Source: the human T2T-CHM13v2.0 reference genome, Homo sapiens. Taken from it: a stretch of DNA of 64,000 nucleotides. Positions 45,091 through 64,000 of the stretch are shown piece by piece (the first letter of the stretch is position 1; each line of letters begins with the position of its first letter). Under the pieces are notes generated by a model, which saw only the letters and a program-made list of their open reading frames with translations, ran no database searches and was not told where the DNA came from. The stretch is from NCBI RefSeq assembly GCF_009914755.1, contig NC_060940.1; one strand, written 5' to 3'. The translations under genes and the position numbers were made by a program.

Positions 45091-46413
45091 AGATGGAGTC
45101 TCGCTCTGTCACCCAGGCTGGAGTGCAGTGGTGCAATCTCGGCTCACTGTGACCTCTGCCACCTGGGTTCAAGCGATTCTCCTGCCTCAGCCTCCTGAGT
45201 AGCTGGGATTACAGGTGCCTGCCACCATGCCCAGCTAATTTTTTGTATTTTTAGTAGAAACGGCATTTCACCATCTTGGCTAGTCTGGTCTTGAACTCCT
45301 GACCTCATGATCTTCCCGCCTCGGCTTCCTGAAGTGCTGGGATTATAGGCGTGAGCCACCATGCCCAGCCGTAGATGGCTTTTAAAGCTATAAAATGAGG
45401 AGGGATTACTTAGAGGTATGAATTGAGAGAGAATACAAGAGGACTAAGGACAAAGCTCAGGGTCACTCCAAATTTTGTAAGTCTTCATTTGGAGATGGAA
45501 CATCCTAATATTTTTAAGATACCGACTTAATATTTGCACCCAAGTTAAAGATTCCTCTTGATCAGAATGAACAGGAAGCTTTAAGCTAAGCACAGTGCTA
45601 CCAAGAAGCACCATGTTGACCTTGAGGACTCTGGCAGGAAGCTGTTTGTGGTTGTCACACCTAGTTTCCTCTGTGAAACTACTGCTGCCTGTGGGTGATG
45701 TGGTTATATGCTGCTGGCTGCTGTTGATTCTCCTGTTTGTGTACAAGGTGTTTTTCCCTCCCAGTGCCTCCCAATGTAGGCATCGGTTCATGCACAGTGA
45801 AGTAGTTGGCTGCAAGAAACCTTGTAAGGCAGGGAGCAGCCTTTTGAATGCAATAATCTACCCAAATCATTTTATTGACTTAATTATAGAATGAATTTCT
45901 TTGAAACAAAGTGAAAGTCTTAGTTGTATTACACTTTAAGACATAGAGAAAACATGTAGGTTTGTTTCTGTATACAGTAAATTTCTGTGCTTTTCTATAT
46001 CTTATGAAACTTGAATAGTTGGCTCTGTTGCCAGGTGAAAGTTTTGCTAGGTTTTTTAAAAAATTAGAATAAGTACATTTAATACACAGGGAAATTTTAT
46101 CTTGAATATTAAAAGACATTGTTAAGCTATCTTAACCTTTCAGAGTTTATTTGAAAAATCAGAAAGATGTTTTACTGGCTCCTTTGACACCAAGTCACAT
46201 CTTCTCCATATTTATTGTCAAGAATGTTGACTTTAACTTATTTCTCTGAAGACCTGTCTACCTTAGGGGGAGAACCTGTGATAGATTCTGGTAACCAAAG
46301 GTAGAGGAGGGGCAGGAAGACCAATGAAGGCTGTTCTGCATCAAGTTGCCTTTTTAGGGAATGTTCAACTTATTATCTGTCTCTGAAGCAAATTTGAATA
46401 TTTGGATGGTGGG

Positions 46414-46768
46414 TGTATTAATTCATTTTAACGCTGCTGATAAAGACATGCCCAAAACTGGGAACAAAAAGAGGTTTAATTGGACTTACAGTTCCACATG
46501 ACTGGGGAGTCCTCAGAATCATGGTGTGAGGCGAAAGGCACTTCTTAGGTGGCGGTGGCAAGAGAAAAATGAGGAAGAAGCAAAAGTGGAAACCCCTGAT
46601 AAGGCCGTCAGATCTCGCGAGACGTATTCACTATCACAAGAATAGAACGGGAAAGACTGGCCTCCATAATTCAATTACCTCCCACTGGGTGCCTCACACA
46701 GCACATGGGAATTCTGGGAAATACAATTCAAGTTGAGGCTTCGATGCAGACATAGCCAAACCATATCA
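46414..46768 (-). mobile_element. THE1 (THE1C-like) solo LTR
   Basis: tgtattaattc..gctgctgataaagacat ... ccaaaccatatca; 5-bp TSD GTGGG/GTAGG. Confidence 0.88.
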
Positions 46769-47261
46769 GTAGGCTTTTGTTAAATCATGGATTTTTTTTG
46801 GAACCAAATTTAATCACAATTTTCTTTTATCTTTGAGTGTCTGCAAAAATAGCAGTAGATGGGAATTGTGAAATTCTGTTTCTCAGAGCTGAGAATAATC
46901 TTAATTTTTCAGGTGAGCAGAATGCTTATCTTTGCCTCCGAGCATAAGTTTTACAAGAGGGAATGTAGGGAGCTGTACCTTATTTTAGAGTTTTAACTTT
47001 TAAGAGACAAACTTTTAGTTAGCTAAAATACAAATTATTCTTTCACACCTTCGTCTTCACATGGATATTGGCGGCTCTTAATGCTGTTATGTTTAAATTC
47101 CAAGAATGGTGACATTTGAGTCACTAAAATTTATTGATATTGTAAAGATAAAGTCTTACTGGCTTGAAGTCCCATTTGTGAAGTGAATTAAAGTCTTTCT
47201 GGCCTAAAATAATGTTCTTTAAAAAATGTTTATTAATTCTGTGTAATTTTTTTTTCTTTAG

Positions 47262-47428
47262 TCCAAAGCACTTAGAATCTCCACACCACTAACTGGTGTT
47301 AGGTACATTAAGGAGAATAGCCCTTGTGTGACTCCAGTTTCTACAGCTACGCATAGCTTGAGTCGTCTTCACACCATGCTGACAGGCCTCAGGAATGCAC
47401 CAAGTGAGAAACTGGAACAGATTCTCAG
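47262..47428 (+). CDS. RBL2: RBL2 exon 9 (SKALRISTPLTG...EKLEQIL), start of pocket A
   Basis: tctttag| acceptor; 167 nt; donor CAG|gttagt; TPVSTA motif typical of RB-family pocket A. Confidence 0.97.
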
Positions 47429-49193
47429 GTTAGTTTGAGCCCTGTCTGCTTTCTAAGATTTGGTTATTGACCATTTTCCAATTTCCTATTCTTTCATTAT
47501 TAATGCCTTAATTCACCCATGAATAATTTTTTATCAATTGTATACTCAGTCCTGTTGTGAGTCTATAGAGGACCTAGCAATAAGATGTATAAGTGGAAGA
47601 TCTTCTTTCCTTAGATTTCTTTAATATAATACAAGACACAGTAACTAATAACACCAGACAGTGTAGAGTAAAACACAAAAGTGTCTTATTGCCAACTGTT
47701 CTTTCAAGATTTCAGGGAGTGGTGAGGTGGGGGCGGGGGGAAGCTCAGTGATGATGGGAATTGTCAAAGGACTTTATGAAGAGGGTTGAACCTGAGGTAA
47801 GTTCTGAAGGGTGACTCAGATTTGAAAAGATTAATAGAGTTCCACATGTTCATAAAGCAGGACAAAAACCACTGTAACTTTTGTAAGCTCTATAAAACAT
47901 CCTTATCCTGGAAAGGAAGTTCACTGCATTTAGTTCCTTTGATCTCCCTGAGACTGGTAGGAATATCATTGAGTTTTAATTAAAAGCCCAGTAGGCTGAA
48001 TCTCATCATCTTATGCATAACCTTTGGCAAGTTGATTTGAAAAGTTACCTCCAAGGTCCCTCTCAGTCCTAAAACCTTATGATATGATAACGTAGACCCA
48101 AAAGGACCCCATTTTATTTCTGATGATGGTATATCAAGAAGACCCTATATGTACACATAAGTAATTTCCCACTCATAGCCAGGCTTCTTAAATGCCAACT
48201 ACTTTTCCTTTACATTTTAGTGAAGTCTGCTTTATTCATAAACTTGATTGTGATTTATACTCAACAAGTTATATCTCTGTGGCCTCTTCCTGAGTCATGT
48301 TTTTCAGATGCACCTTGTTTGCCTTGAATTTAGAAGCATTTCGTAAATACATTTCAGAAGCCATCTTAATCTCTGTGTCTTCCAGATCGCTTTACAGTTT
48401 CTAACTAGGCATAACAGCATTTTAAATCTTAGGTACCATTAGTGGGGTTAAATAAATATTACCAGTAAATACTAGGTAAAATAAAGGGTGCTATTTTTGT
48501 TGAAAGGTATGTGTGCGTGTGTTCCCAGAAAAATTCTGCTTGTATATGTATTCAGTAGTTATCTCTAGCAGGACTGTAATTGATTTTTATTCTCTTTATA
48601 ATTTTTTAAACTTGCTTCATTTTCACAAAGAATATGTATATAATTATATATATATTTGTGATCAAGATAAAAACAGTTGTTACAAAAAGCTTACATGGTG
48701 ATAATTTGTATAATGCTTCTGGATTGAACATATATTGCTTTCTAATAATAGAAAGACTGAAGTAAACCTCGTTGGCGGGAAAAAAATGTAGAATGCCAGG
48801 AACAGTTTATGTGAGTCTGTAGTATGGGTTTTACACCCCTTCATTCTATTTTCTTCCAGGTGTTCTTAATGGGAGTTTTACTGTCCTCTAGGGAAATAGT
48901 TAAGGGCAAGTTTGGGATAATCAGTGACTGGGGATGTGTAGGACAGGTGGGGGACAGTCATAGATATCGAATGGGCCCAGGCCAAGGTTGCTAAACTTCC
49001 TGCACTGAAAGGTGTATCCCCGGCCGGGCGAAGTGGCTCATTCCTGTAATCCTAACACTTTGGGAGCCTGAGGCAAGTGGATCACTTGAGGCCAGGAGTT
49101 CGAGACCAGCCTGGCCAACATGGTGAAACCCCATCTCTACTGAAAATACAAAAATTAGCTGGGCGTGGTGGCAGGTGCCTGCAGTTCCAGCTA

Positions 49194-49364
<171 letters not shown>

Positions 49365-49551
49365 TCATTCAAACTGGTAATACCACCACCTTTGAAAAGG
49401 AAGTATGGGATCTCTTGGATTAATTTGGGAAGTGTATAGTTTCTGTTCAGAGTGTTTTATATTTACATGTTAGTGAAATTATAGAAACATTTTATCCCCT
49501 TGTGACTTGACAAGACCTTTAAATTATGTTATTTCTCATTACCTTTTTTAG

Positions 49552-49661
49552 GACATGTTCCAGAGATCCAACCCAGGCTATTGCTAACAGACTGAAAGAA
49601 ATGTTTGAAATATATTCTCAGCATTTCCAGCCAGACGAGGATTTCAGTAATTGTGCTAAAG
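49552..49661 (+). CDS. RBL2: RBL2 exon 10 (TCSRDPTQAIANRLKE...SNCAK)
   Basis: tttttag| acceptor; 110 nt; donor AAG|gtaagg. Confidence 0.96.
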
Positions 49662-50362
49662 GTAAGGTTTAACATTGTTATTCTGCTTTTATGTTTGAAG
49701 TTTAACTAAATGGAGTCATTTCTTACTAACTAAGAAAGATGAGGAAAAGATTTATGACTTTAGACTGAAGGCTAGGATATGGCTGTCCAATTTTTCTGGT
49801 CAACCAACTGATTTCTGAGCCCTTCTCAGTAAGATAGAAATTTTAGAATGGTATCTTTATTATATTGGACTTCTGATGCTTTTTTATCTGCAAATCTTTA
49901 GGTTTTTTTTGTAAACTGGAAATTAAATAGAAGTGTAGTGATTCTTCAACATATTGAGAATAAGGACAGGAGATATCACTGTTATGGGCCCAAACCTGGC
50001 CTAGGAATTGTTTGCTGTCAGGAATTGGAACTAAGTAGGTGTGGACTAGTAAGCCAATTACATACCTCTTAGCATTGGTCTGTTTTGTTCAAACATAGAG
50101 GAAAAAAAAGGGTGTTAGTCTTAAATGATATTACAGTTCCTTATGTGCAAATTTCATTTAATAATTTTAGAAAAATGTGACTGTTACCATGAAGAAAATT
50201 AAGGTATCTTAGGGATAATTAAAACACCAATCATAAGAAGTGTGCATATCTAAAGTATTGGGTTGGTTTTGAATTTTATTTTGTGAGTAAAGGAGGAGGA
50301 ATGGGCCTTTATTTTCTTTGTGTGCCATTTTTGTGGGGTTTTTTTTTTTATTATTTCTACAG

Positions 50363-50466
50363 AAATTGCCAGCAAACATTTTCGTTTTGCGGAGATGCTT
50401 TACTATAAAGTATTAGAATCTGTTATTGAGCAGGAACAAAAAAGACTAGGAGACATGGATTTATCT
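50363..50466 (+). CDS. RBL2: RBL2 exon 11 (IASKHFRFAEMLYYKVLE...GDMDLS)
   Basis: ctacag| acceptor; 104 nt; donor TCT|gtgagt. Confidence 0.97.
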
Positions 50467-50708
50467 GTGAGTAAAATAACCAATGTATTGATCAGCACAA
50501 TGAAACATAATTTCCTTCCTGCCCTATTCTGTGGGTTGTTTTTTTTACTTTATATATAGTCTCCTTTCATACACAAAAGTTTTTAATTTTGATGAAATCC
50601 AATATATTTTTTCACTAGTTGCCTGTGCTTTTGTTTTATGTATGTATGTATGTATGTATTTACCTATTTGAGATGGAGTCTTGCGCTGTCGCCAAGGCTG
50701 GAGTGTAG

Positions 50709-50870
<162 letters not shown>

Positions 50871-52036
50871 TGAACTCCAGACGTCAGGTGGTCCGCATGC
50901 CTTGGCCTCCCAAAGTGCTAGGATTACAGGCGTGAGCCACCGCGCCTGGCCTGTTGCCTGTGCCTTTGGTGCTTCAGTAGCTTTTAATTAAAAAATAATA
51001 ATTATTGACAATGTTGGAAAATTATAAGCAAAAAGAACAAAATAAAAATCATCTATGATTAATGTCATCCTATGATAAACATATTCACTTTTGGTACATG
51101 GTCATCTAGCCAGTCACCTGCCTGCCTGCCTTTCTGTTTTTTTGGGTTTGTTGTTGAGACAGAGTCTCACTCTCTTGCCCAGGCTAGAGTGCAGTGGTGC
51201 AATCTCGGCTCACTGCAACCTCTGCCTCCCAGATTCAAGTGATTCTTGAACAGTGTTGCCTGGGCTGGTCTCAAACTCTGGACCTCAGGTGATCTGCCTG
51301 CTTCGGCCTTCCAAATTGCTGGAATTACAGGTATGAGCCACCTGCCTGGCCCCTTTCAATATTTTTTTTTCCTTTTTTTTTTTTTTTTTTTTTTTTGAGC
51401 CAGAGTTTCGCTCTTGTTGCTCAGGCTGGAGTGCAGTGGTGCAACGTCGGCTTACTGCAACCTCTACCTCCTGGGTTCAATTGCTTCTCCTGCCTCAGCC
51501 TCTGAGTAGCTGGGACTACAGGTGTGTGCCACCACACCTGGCTAATTTTCTATTTTTAGTAGAGATGGGGTTTCACCATGTTGGTCAGGCTGGTCTCAAA
51601 CTCCTGACGTCAGGTGATCTGCCCACCTTGGCCTCCCAAAGTGCTGGGATTACAGGCGTGAGCCACTGCGCCTGGTCCCCCTTTCAGTTTTTTATAGCAC
51701 TTACTGTAAATACTGTTTTGAAACATCTTTCCCTGTCATTGTTCTTCTAAGCATCAGTGTGTGTGTGTATTTTGGTTAGAGATGTAATCTCTTTTAAGAT
51801 ACATTTTATAATAGGTAAGGTTTTAAAATTCTCATACATTCCTTTTATATATTTCCTCTACTAAAAAATGGGCTTTATTTATATAATTAAGAAAGGTTTT
51901 GTAAGAAAATAAGGACACACTTTGCACTCACTCAGAAAATGAGACTTTCTTTGGTATTTTCACTTAAGTTCACTGGGTATGAAATGACTTTTTAGACTAA
52001 GTAAATGTTTCTAATGCTAATAACTTTATTTTATAG

Positions 52037-52174
52037 GGTATTCTGGAACAAGATGCGTTCCACAGATCTCTCTTGGCCTGCTGCCTTGAGGTCGTCACTT
52101 TTTCTTATAAGCCTCCTGGGAATTTTCCATTTATTACTGAAATATTTGATGTGCCTCTTTATCATTTTTATAAG
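52037..52174 (+). CDS. RBL2: RBL2 exon 12 (GILEQDAFHRSLLACCLEVV...YHFYK)
   Basis: ttatag| acceptor; 138 nt; donor AAG|gtattt; RB pocket A signature FHRSLLAC. Confidence 0.97.
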
Positions 52175-52587
52175 GTATTTTTAAAAATATGATACTAATG
52201 GGGATATTGTAGATGAGACCAACTTCCTGTTGTTAGTCATTTAGTTCAAGTTAACATCTAAGAACATTTATTCTGTTTTTATTTACATAGTTAATCTCTA
52301 CTTGTGGAGTAGAAAAGAAATAGAATCTTAAGACCTATGTAAATTCTTTTAATATTGTATGAAAGATCTATTTTGGGTAAAAGCTTTGATTCCTCTCTAT
52401 CTAATAAAAGTTTTTAGAATACTGTGATTTTTATGAGCTGAGAAGGCTTAAAAAAAGTAGCACACATGTCACTAGCTAATCTTGTATAGCAGCCTTTTTT
52501 TATTTTATGAAAATTAAATACCATTGAAAATGTCAGAAAAAAAATAAAAAGTTGTCTTTCATGTGTTACAGAGAGGCATAGAGTTAA

Positions 52588-52809
<222 letters not shown>

Positions 52810-53248
52810 TAGCCAGGATGGTCTCGATCTCCTGACCTCGTGATCTGCCCGCCACGGCCCCCCAGAGTGCTGGGATTACAGGCTGGTAGCTATTTCTTGA
52901 TACTGACTTAGCATATGAGTTTATCTTAACTCTCATAAGATAGTCAAAACTAATTTTTATAGTGGCATAGATTAAATGTTTAGAGATTTTTATATGAAAT
53001 TTTAAGAGTAATGTTTTTCAACCTCAATGTACAAAACATGTATTTTCATTAAAAAATTTTGAAATACATCACAATGTAAACCATTTTATATAATTCATAG
53101 TTTGAACTATAATTATTTACAAAGACAGTAAAAGGAAGAGCGGCTGTTTCAAAATAATACTTCAACTTGTAATTTTGACTAATTTCTTGTCTAAATATTT
53201 AAAAATATTTAATAATTATTCAGTGAACCAAGACATTTTTTATTTCAG

Positions 53249-53413
53249 GTGATAGAAGTATTCATTAGAGCAGAAGATGGCCTTTGTAGAGAGGTGGTAA
53301 AACACCTTAATCAGATTGAAGAACAGATCTTAGATCATTTGGCATGGAAACCAGAGTCTCCACTCTGGGAAAAAATTAGAGACAATGAAAACAGAGTTCC
53401 TACATGTGAAGAG
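53249..53413 (+). CDS. RBL2: RBL2 exon 13 (VIEVFIRAEDGL...VPTCEE)
   Basis: tttcag| acceptor; 165 nt; donor GAG|gtttgt. Confidence 0.97.
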
Positions 53414-54092
53414 GTTTGTGAAAATAACATCTTTTTATGAGAAAAATACATCAATATCTAATCTATTAATAATCCTTTTGGGGATGGGAGGGTGGCAGTT
53501 AGGTTTAATATGTTATAATTACACCTTGTTATGAGAAAAATCTTGGACTGTAACGTCCCTCTCTACCCACAAATTGGGAAGGTGCCAAGAGACCAAAGAA
53601 TGACTCAGACAAGTCCAGCTTGGCAAGTAGATAACGTTTATTAAGACTTACATATGGAGGAGGCAGAGGTGGTGGGGAAAAATAAAAGACTTATATACAG
53701 GGTACTCCTAGGTAGCAGCAGGACAGCTCTAGAGATCCTCGCCACCTCCCATCGCTAAGCTGCTTTTAAGCTAATTTTCTGGCTCTTTGCCTACTATGTG
53801 TGTGCACGATGGGACTGTTTTCCTTGGTAGTTTCTCAGATCTTCTCTGGGATGTTGGGGTTCTCAGGGACACCTGTTCCTTGGCTGGGCACCATGGCCTT
53901 GGCTCACTGCCTAGCCTTCAGGGTTTAGGCAGCAGACATACACCCTTAAGTAAGGTAGGTGACCTGTCACATTTCACCCCATGTCAAAGAGGAAACGAGT
54001 CAGATAATTTGTGGTTGTCCTAAGATTTTGGTGACAGAGTAAAAATTCAGTGTTCTTTCTTGATTTCCTTACCAAGTTTCTTTCCCATAGAG

Positions 54093-54612
54093 CAGTGGTC
54101 CAACCTTTTTGGCACCAAGGACCAGTTTCATGGAAGACAATTTTTCCATGGACAGGGTTGGGGGTTGGAGAGATTTTGGGATGATTCAACTGCCTTACAT
54201 TTATTGCACACTTTATTTCTATTATTATTACGTGGTAATATATAATGAAATAATTATACAACTCACCAAAATGTAGAGTCAGTGGGAGCCCTGAGCTTGT
54301 TTTCCTGCAACTAGATGGTCCCATCTGGGGGCGGTGGGAGACAGTGACAGATCAGCAGGCATTAGATTCTCATAAGGAGCATGCAACCTAGATCCCTTAT
54401 GTGTGCAGTTCACAATAGGGTTCACACTCCTGTGAGAATCTAATGCCACCACTAATCTGACAGGAGGCCAGCACAGGCGGCAATGTGAGCGATGGGGAGC
54501 AGCTTTAAATACAGATGAAGCTTTGCTCGCATGCTCACTTGCCTGCTGCTCACCTCCTGCTATGTTGCCCAGTTCCTAACAGGGTCCATGGCCCAGGGGT
54601 TGGGGACTCCTG
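54093..54612 (+). mobile_element. MER1A (hAT-Charlie) DNA transposon
   Basis: cagtggtccaaccttttt ... ggttggggactcctg terminal inverted repeats; 8-bp TSD-like CCATAGAG/CTTTAGAG. Confidence 0.85.
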
Positions 54613-54868
54613 CTTTAGAGTGGTTGATATTCAAACTCTCCAAACCAGTAATGAAGTTTGACTCATATTTAGTATCCAATTACAAGGTTTTGAATTTTTT
54701 GACTGCCAAAAGTTTTTTTTTTAACTTTATTATTAAAATGGGAAAGACAGCTGATTTTATTTAGATGGAATAATTGTTAAGATACTTTTTCTGCCTTAGA
54801 TTACTATTGTATTTGTAATTAAAGTGCTTTTTTGGATACTGGCATTCTGTGTAACCAATTCTTCATAG

Positions 54869-54980
54869 GTCATGCCACCTCAGAACCTGGAAAGGGCAGA
54901 TGAAATTTGCATTGCTGGCTCCCCTTTGACTCCCAGAAGGGTGACTGAAGTTCGTGCTGATACTGGAGGACTTGGAAGGA
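54869..54980 (+). CDS. RBL2: RBL2 exon 14 (VMPPQNLERADE...GGLGR), spacer
   Basis: tcatag| acceptor; 112 nt; donor GGA|gtaagt. Confidence 0.96.
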
Positions 54981-55189
54981 GTAAGTTTAAAATACTAGGA
55001 GAATATTTTGGGGCTTACTATCTGGAAATTTAAATTTCATCTAACCCTACAAGTGAAGTTAATAGGGTATACATAGAAGAAAATATTCTATGCATTTTTG
55101 TACCACATGGATCACTTAAAAGAAGGGCCTTTAAAGACTAAGAACACAGGAAAATGCATGATATAACAGGTATCTTTTAAAAAGGATAG

Positions 55190-55417
<228 letters not shown>

Positions 55418-56778
55418 TGAACTCCTGACCTCAAGTGATCCGCCTACCTCGTTCTCCCAAAGTGCTGGAATTACAGGCATGAGGCACCGTGCCCGGCTGA
55501 CTGCTGTATATTTAATATGATCCCTATTTTTAAAGTGTATGTTTATTTATGAGCATACAAAATAGTGGAAATGGAAAAACCAAACTGTTAAGATCATTGT
55601 TGGGTGATAGAATTCCTGGTGATTTCTGTAAAATTTTTAAGGCAAATACATATTACTTTTAAAATCAGAAATAGAAAAGCCTTCTTAAAGATAGAGCTGC
55701 ATGATCCAGTTAGGTATAGACAAGCCAGTGAGTTAAGACAACTGAGTATGTTCCACTTTGTTGAGCTGTGCTACCCTAGTTAATGTGACATTAGTGCTGG
55801 CCCAAGAAATACAGAAAAGGGCAGTTTTGCTATCTATCTGGTTTATATTTTTTAGGCAGCTGCTTAGAAGATCTGCAAGGTGAAAGGTTTTAGTTTACAT
55901 ATGTGAGATAGAACTACTTTTTTAAAGAGCAATTCAGTAAATCCAGAGAGTTCTAAATCCTTGGATCCAATTAAAAGAATATTCTTATTTCTAGATCAGT
56001 TTTATAATGTAATTGATAAGAACTGGCTATAGAAGGAATACCAGTTTTAAAGTCAGGATTCACTCTAGGCTGGGCATGGTGGCTCATGCCTGTAATCCCA
56101 GCACTGTGGGAGACCTAGTGGGGAGGATCACTTGAGCCCCGGAGTTCAAGACCATCCTGGGCAACATAGCAAGATACCATCTCTACCCCCAACCCCCCCA
56201 AAAAAATCACTCTAAGTGTATACTTAATACACATGGATGATCCTTATGAAAAGTCCTCATTTTTGAAAGATCTGACAGCTGGTCTTTCTTAGTCTATTTT
56301 TGTAGAATTTTCCGTTCCCTAATCTACAGATTAGGAAGACTTGACTTTAAACTTCATTTTCTTTGTACTTACCACTTCTCAGTTTTCCTGAGATCTCTTG
56401 ATATTTTATAAGAAAAAATGATCATAATCTATTCTTTCTGATTCTGCAGCTTTGTACCAAATACAAATCTAGTAAGTTTATTTACTTTTGTATCATCTGG
56501 AAATAGAAATGTTAAGCCACAGTTTGTTAGGATTTACTCCTATCAGTACTTCTTACAAACTTTCTATGTATATTTTAAATTTTAAAAACACTCTGATGCA
56601 CAGCTCTTAGAAGTGGACACAGAAGAAGGAAGAAATGCTTCTCAAAAATTCAGACATTGGTGTGAATACTTAAAAATAGACTAAGCCATAATGGGTTGTG
56701 TACCACTGAATCATACACTTAAAAATGGTTGAATGGTAAATTTTATGTTATATATATAACCACAATTTTAAAAAACTA

Positions 56779-57126
<348 letters not shown>

Positions 57127-57726
57127 TTAAAAAAATAAATTATGCTTAACTGAATCCAAATCATGCATGTCCACCTTGCTTAAGAACATTATTGAGTTTT
57201 AATAATTTTTTATATGTGGAAAAAGACAGAGATCAAAATTGATAAAACCGGTGGCGGAATGCTCCTAGATGACATACTACCAATCAGGTCCCCTTATCAA
57301 GTAGTGGCTCTGTAGTAAAATCACATCTTACATGAGTGGTAGGTAGAAAGTGGATATGATAGAAAATATTATAGAAAAATATAATATAGAAAAATAGGGT
57401 AATTCCTTAAATTGCCCCTAAATCATGAAGGTTCTTTAGTAGTGGAAGACAGAGTCAGGTCTGATTTGGGAAAGGGGGCGTGGAGAAAGGAACACTGCAA
57501 GACAAAAAATTCCGTTTTAAAATTTTGCTCTCAGTAGTGTTCACTGAACACGAATGAAAGTTCACTAATGAATATAGGTAAGATATGACTTCTGTAATTC
57601 TTGTTTGCTTTTTGAATTATGAAGTATTTCAAACACTGTAGTTATTTTTTAACATAAGAGCTTGGACGGAAGTCAGATCTGAGTCTCCTTGAGTTAAATG
57701 CTTTGTTTGATTTGTTTTGACCCTAG

Positions 57727-57996
57727 GCATAACATCTCCAACCACATTATACGATAGGTACAGCTCCCCACCAGCCAGCACTACCAGAAGGCGGCTATTT
57801 GTTGAGAATGATAGCCCCTCTGATGGAGGGACACCTGGGCGGATGCCCCCACAGCCCCTAGTCAATGCTGTCCCTGTGCAGAATGTATCTGGGGAGACTG
57901 TTTCTGTCACACCAGTTCCTGGACAGACTTTGGTCACCATGGCAACCGCCACTGTCACAGCCAACAATGGGCAAACGGTAACCATTCCTGTGCAAG
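57727..57996 (+). CDS. RBL2: RBL2 exon 15 (spacer; S672 CDK site, RRRLF cyclin-binding RxL motif)
   Basis: ccctag| acceptor; 270 nt; donor AAG|gtaagg; ITSPTTLYDRYSSPPASTTRRRLF. Confidence 0.97.
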
Positions 57997-58193
57997 GTAA
58001 GGAAGGCAGAGTTGGATATTGAGTTCCTTCTCTGTGGCATGTATTGAAAAGTTACCCGAGGTTTGGCTAGAGTGACATAGGGGACAGAGGAGTGATGGGG
58101 AGAGAGGGTTTGGGAGAGCAGAAATTGTAAACCTCTGCCCGGAGAACCTCTTATTATCAACATTTTCTTCATGCTTTTTTTCTCTGTCACTAG

Positions 58194-58474
58194 GTATTGC
58201 CAATGAAAATGGAGGGATAACATTCTTCCCTGTCCAAGTCAATGTTGGGGGGCAGGCACAAGCTGTGACAGGCTCCATCCAGCCCCTCAGTGCTCAGGCC
58301 CTGGCTGGAAGTCTGAGCTCTCAACAGGTGACAGGAACAACTTTGCAAGTCCCTGGTCAAGTGGCCATTCAACAGATTTCCCCAGGTGGCCAACAGCAGA
58401 AGCAAGGCCAGTCTGTAACCAGCAGTAGTAATAGACCCAGGAAGACCAGCTCTTTATCGCTTTTCTTTAGAAAG
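58194..58474 (+). CDS. RBL2: RBL2 exon 16 (IANENGGITFF...SLSLFFRK)
   Basis: cactag| acceptor; 281 nt; donor AAG|gtaatt. Confidence 0.97.
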
Positions 58475-58556
58475 GTAATTTTTCACATACCTTATCAGAG
58501 CATGAGCTTGGGAAATACAAGTGTTAAACAAAGTTTGAAATGTTTTTATCTCCTAG

Positions 58557-58733
58557 GTATACCATTTAGCAGCTGTCCGCCTTCGGGATCTCTGTGCCAA
58601 ACTAGATATTTCAGATGAACTGAGGAAAAAAATCTGGACCTGCTTTGAATTCTCCATAATTCAGTGTCCTGAACTTATGATGGACAGACATCTGGACCAG
58701 TTATTAATGTGTGCCATTTATGTGATGGCAAAG
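58557..58733 (+). CDS. RBL2: RBL2 exon 17 (VYHLAAVRLRDLC...DRHLDQLLMCAIYVMAK), pocket B including C894
   Basis: tcctag| acceptor after an 82-nt intron; 177 nt; donor AAG|gtgagt; RB pocket B motif DRHLDQ. The gene continues past the window. Confidence 0.97.
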
Positions 58734-58789
58734 GTGAGTACCATTTGGAATTGTAAAGGCAAAGATAGGTCTTCATTACTGAGAACATT

Positions 58790-64000
<5,211 letters not shown>

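Noticed and set aside
45595-45894. 99-aa hydrophobic ORF
   Set aside because: Non-ATG start, intronic, no splice or homology support.
57629-58405. Several minus-strand ORFs over exons 15-16
   Set aside because: Antisense shadows of RBL2 coding sequence.

Overview
Human (primate) genomic DNA containing about 22 kb of upstream sequence and the 5' three quarters of RBL2 (p130, retinoblastoma-like 2) on the + strand. It includes a CpG-island promoter and coding exons 1-17 (2703 nt, 901 codons), each bounded by GT-AG introns whose phases join into one open frame. The remaining exons lie beyond the window. Exon 4 encodes Cys at codon 210, where I recall the reference protein has Tyr. The upstream region is a dense nest of Alus and LTRs (LTR12, MST, MER41, MER57 plus internal sequence, LTR8). 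Introns hold many Alus, a truncated U6 pseudogene, THE1, MER1A, L2 and old L1. The most unusual signal is at 34-2600: a tandem array of inverted Alu cassettes with a strong strand-specific A->G excess in both sense and antisense Alus. This looks like an ADAR-hyperedited RNA written back into the genome and later interrupted by an unedited LTR12. Other notable items are a templated 61-bp insertion in a MER41 LTR, a perfect 14-bp palindrome, an in-frame uORF, an inverted FOXO site pair in intron 1, and several exons that regenerate a 5' splice site after splicing. Repeat subfamily names come from remembered consensus sequences, and repeat boundaries are approximate unless a target-site duplication (TSD) is given.
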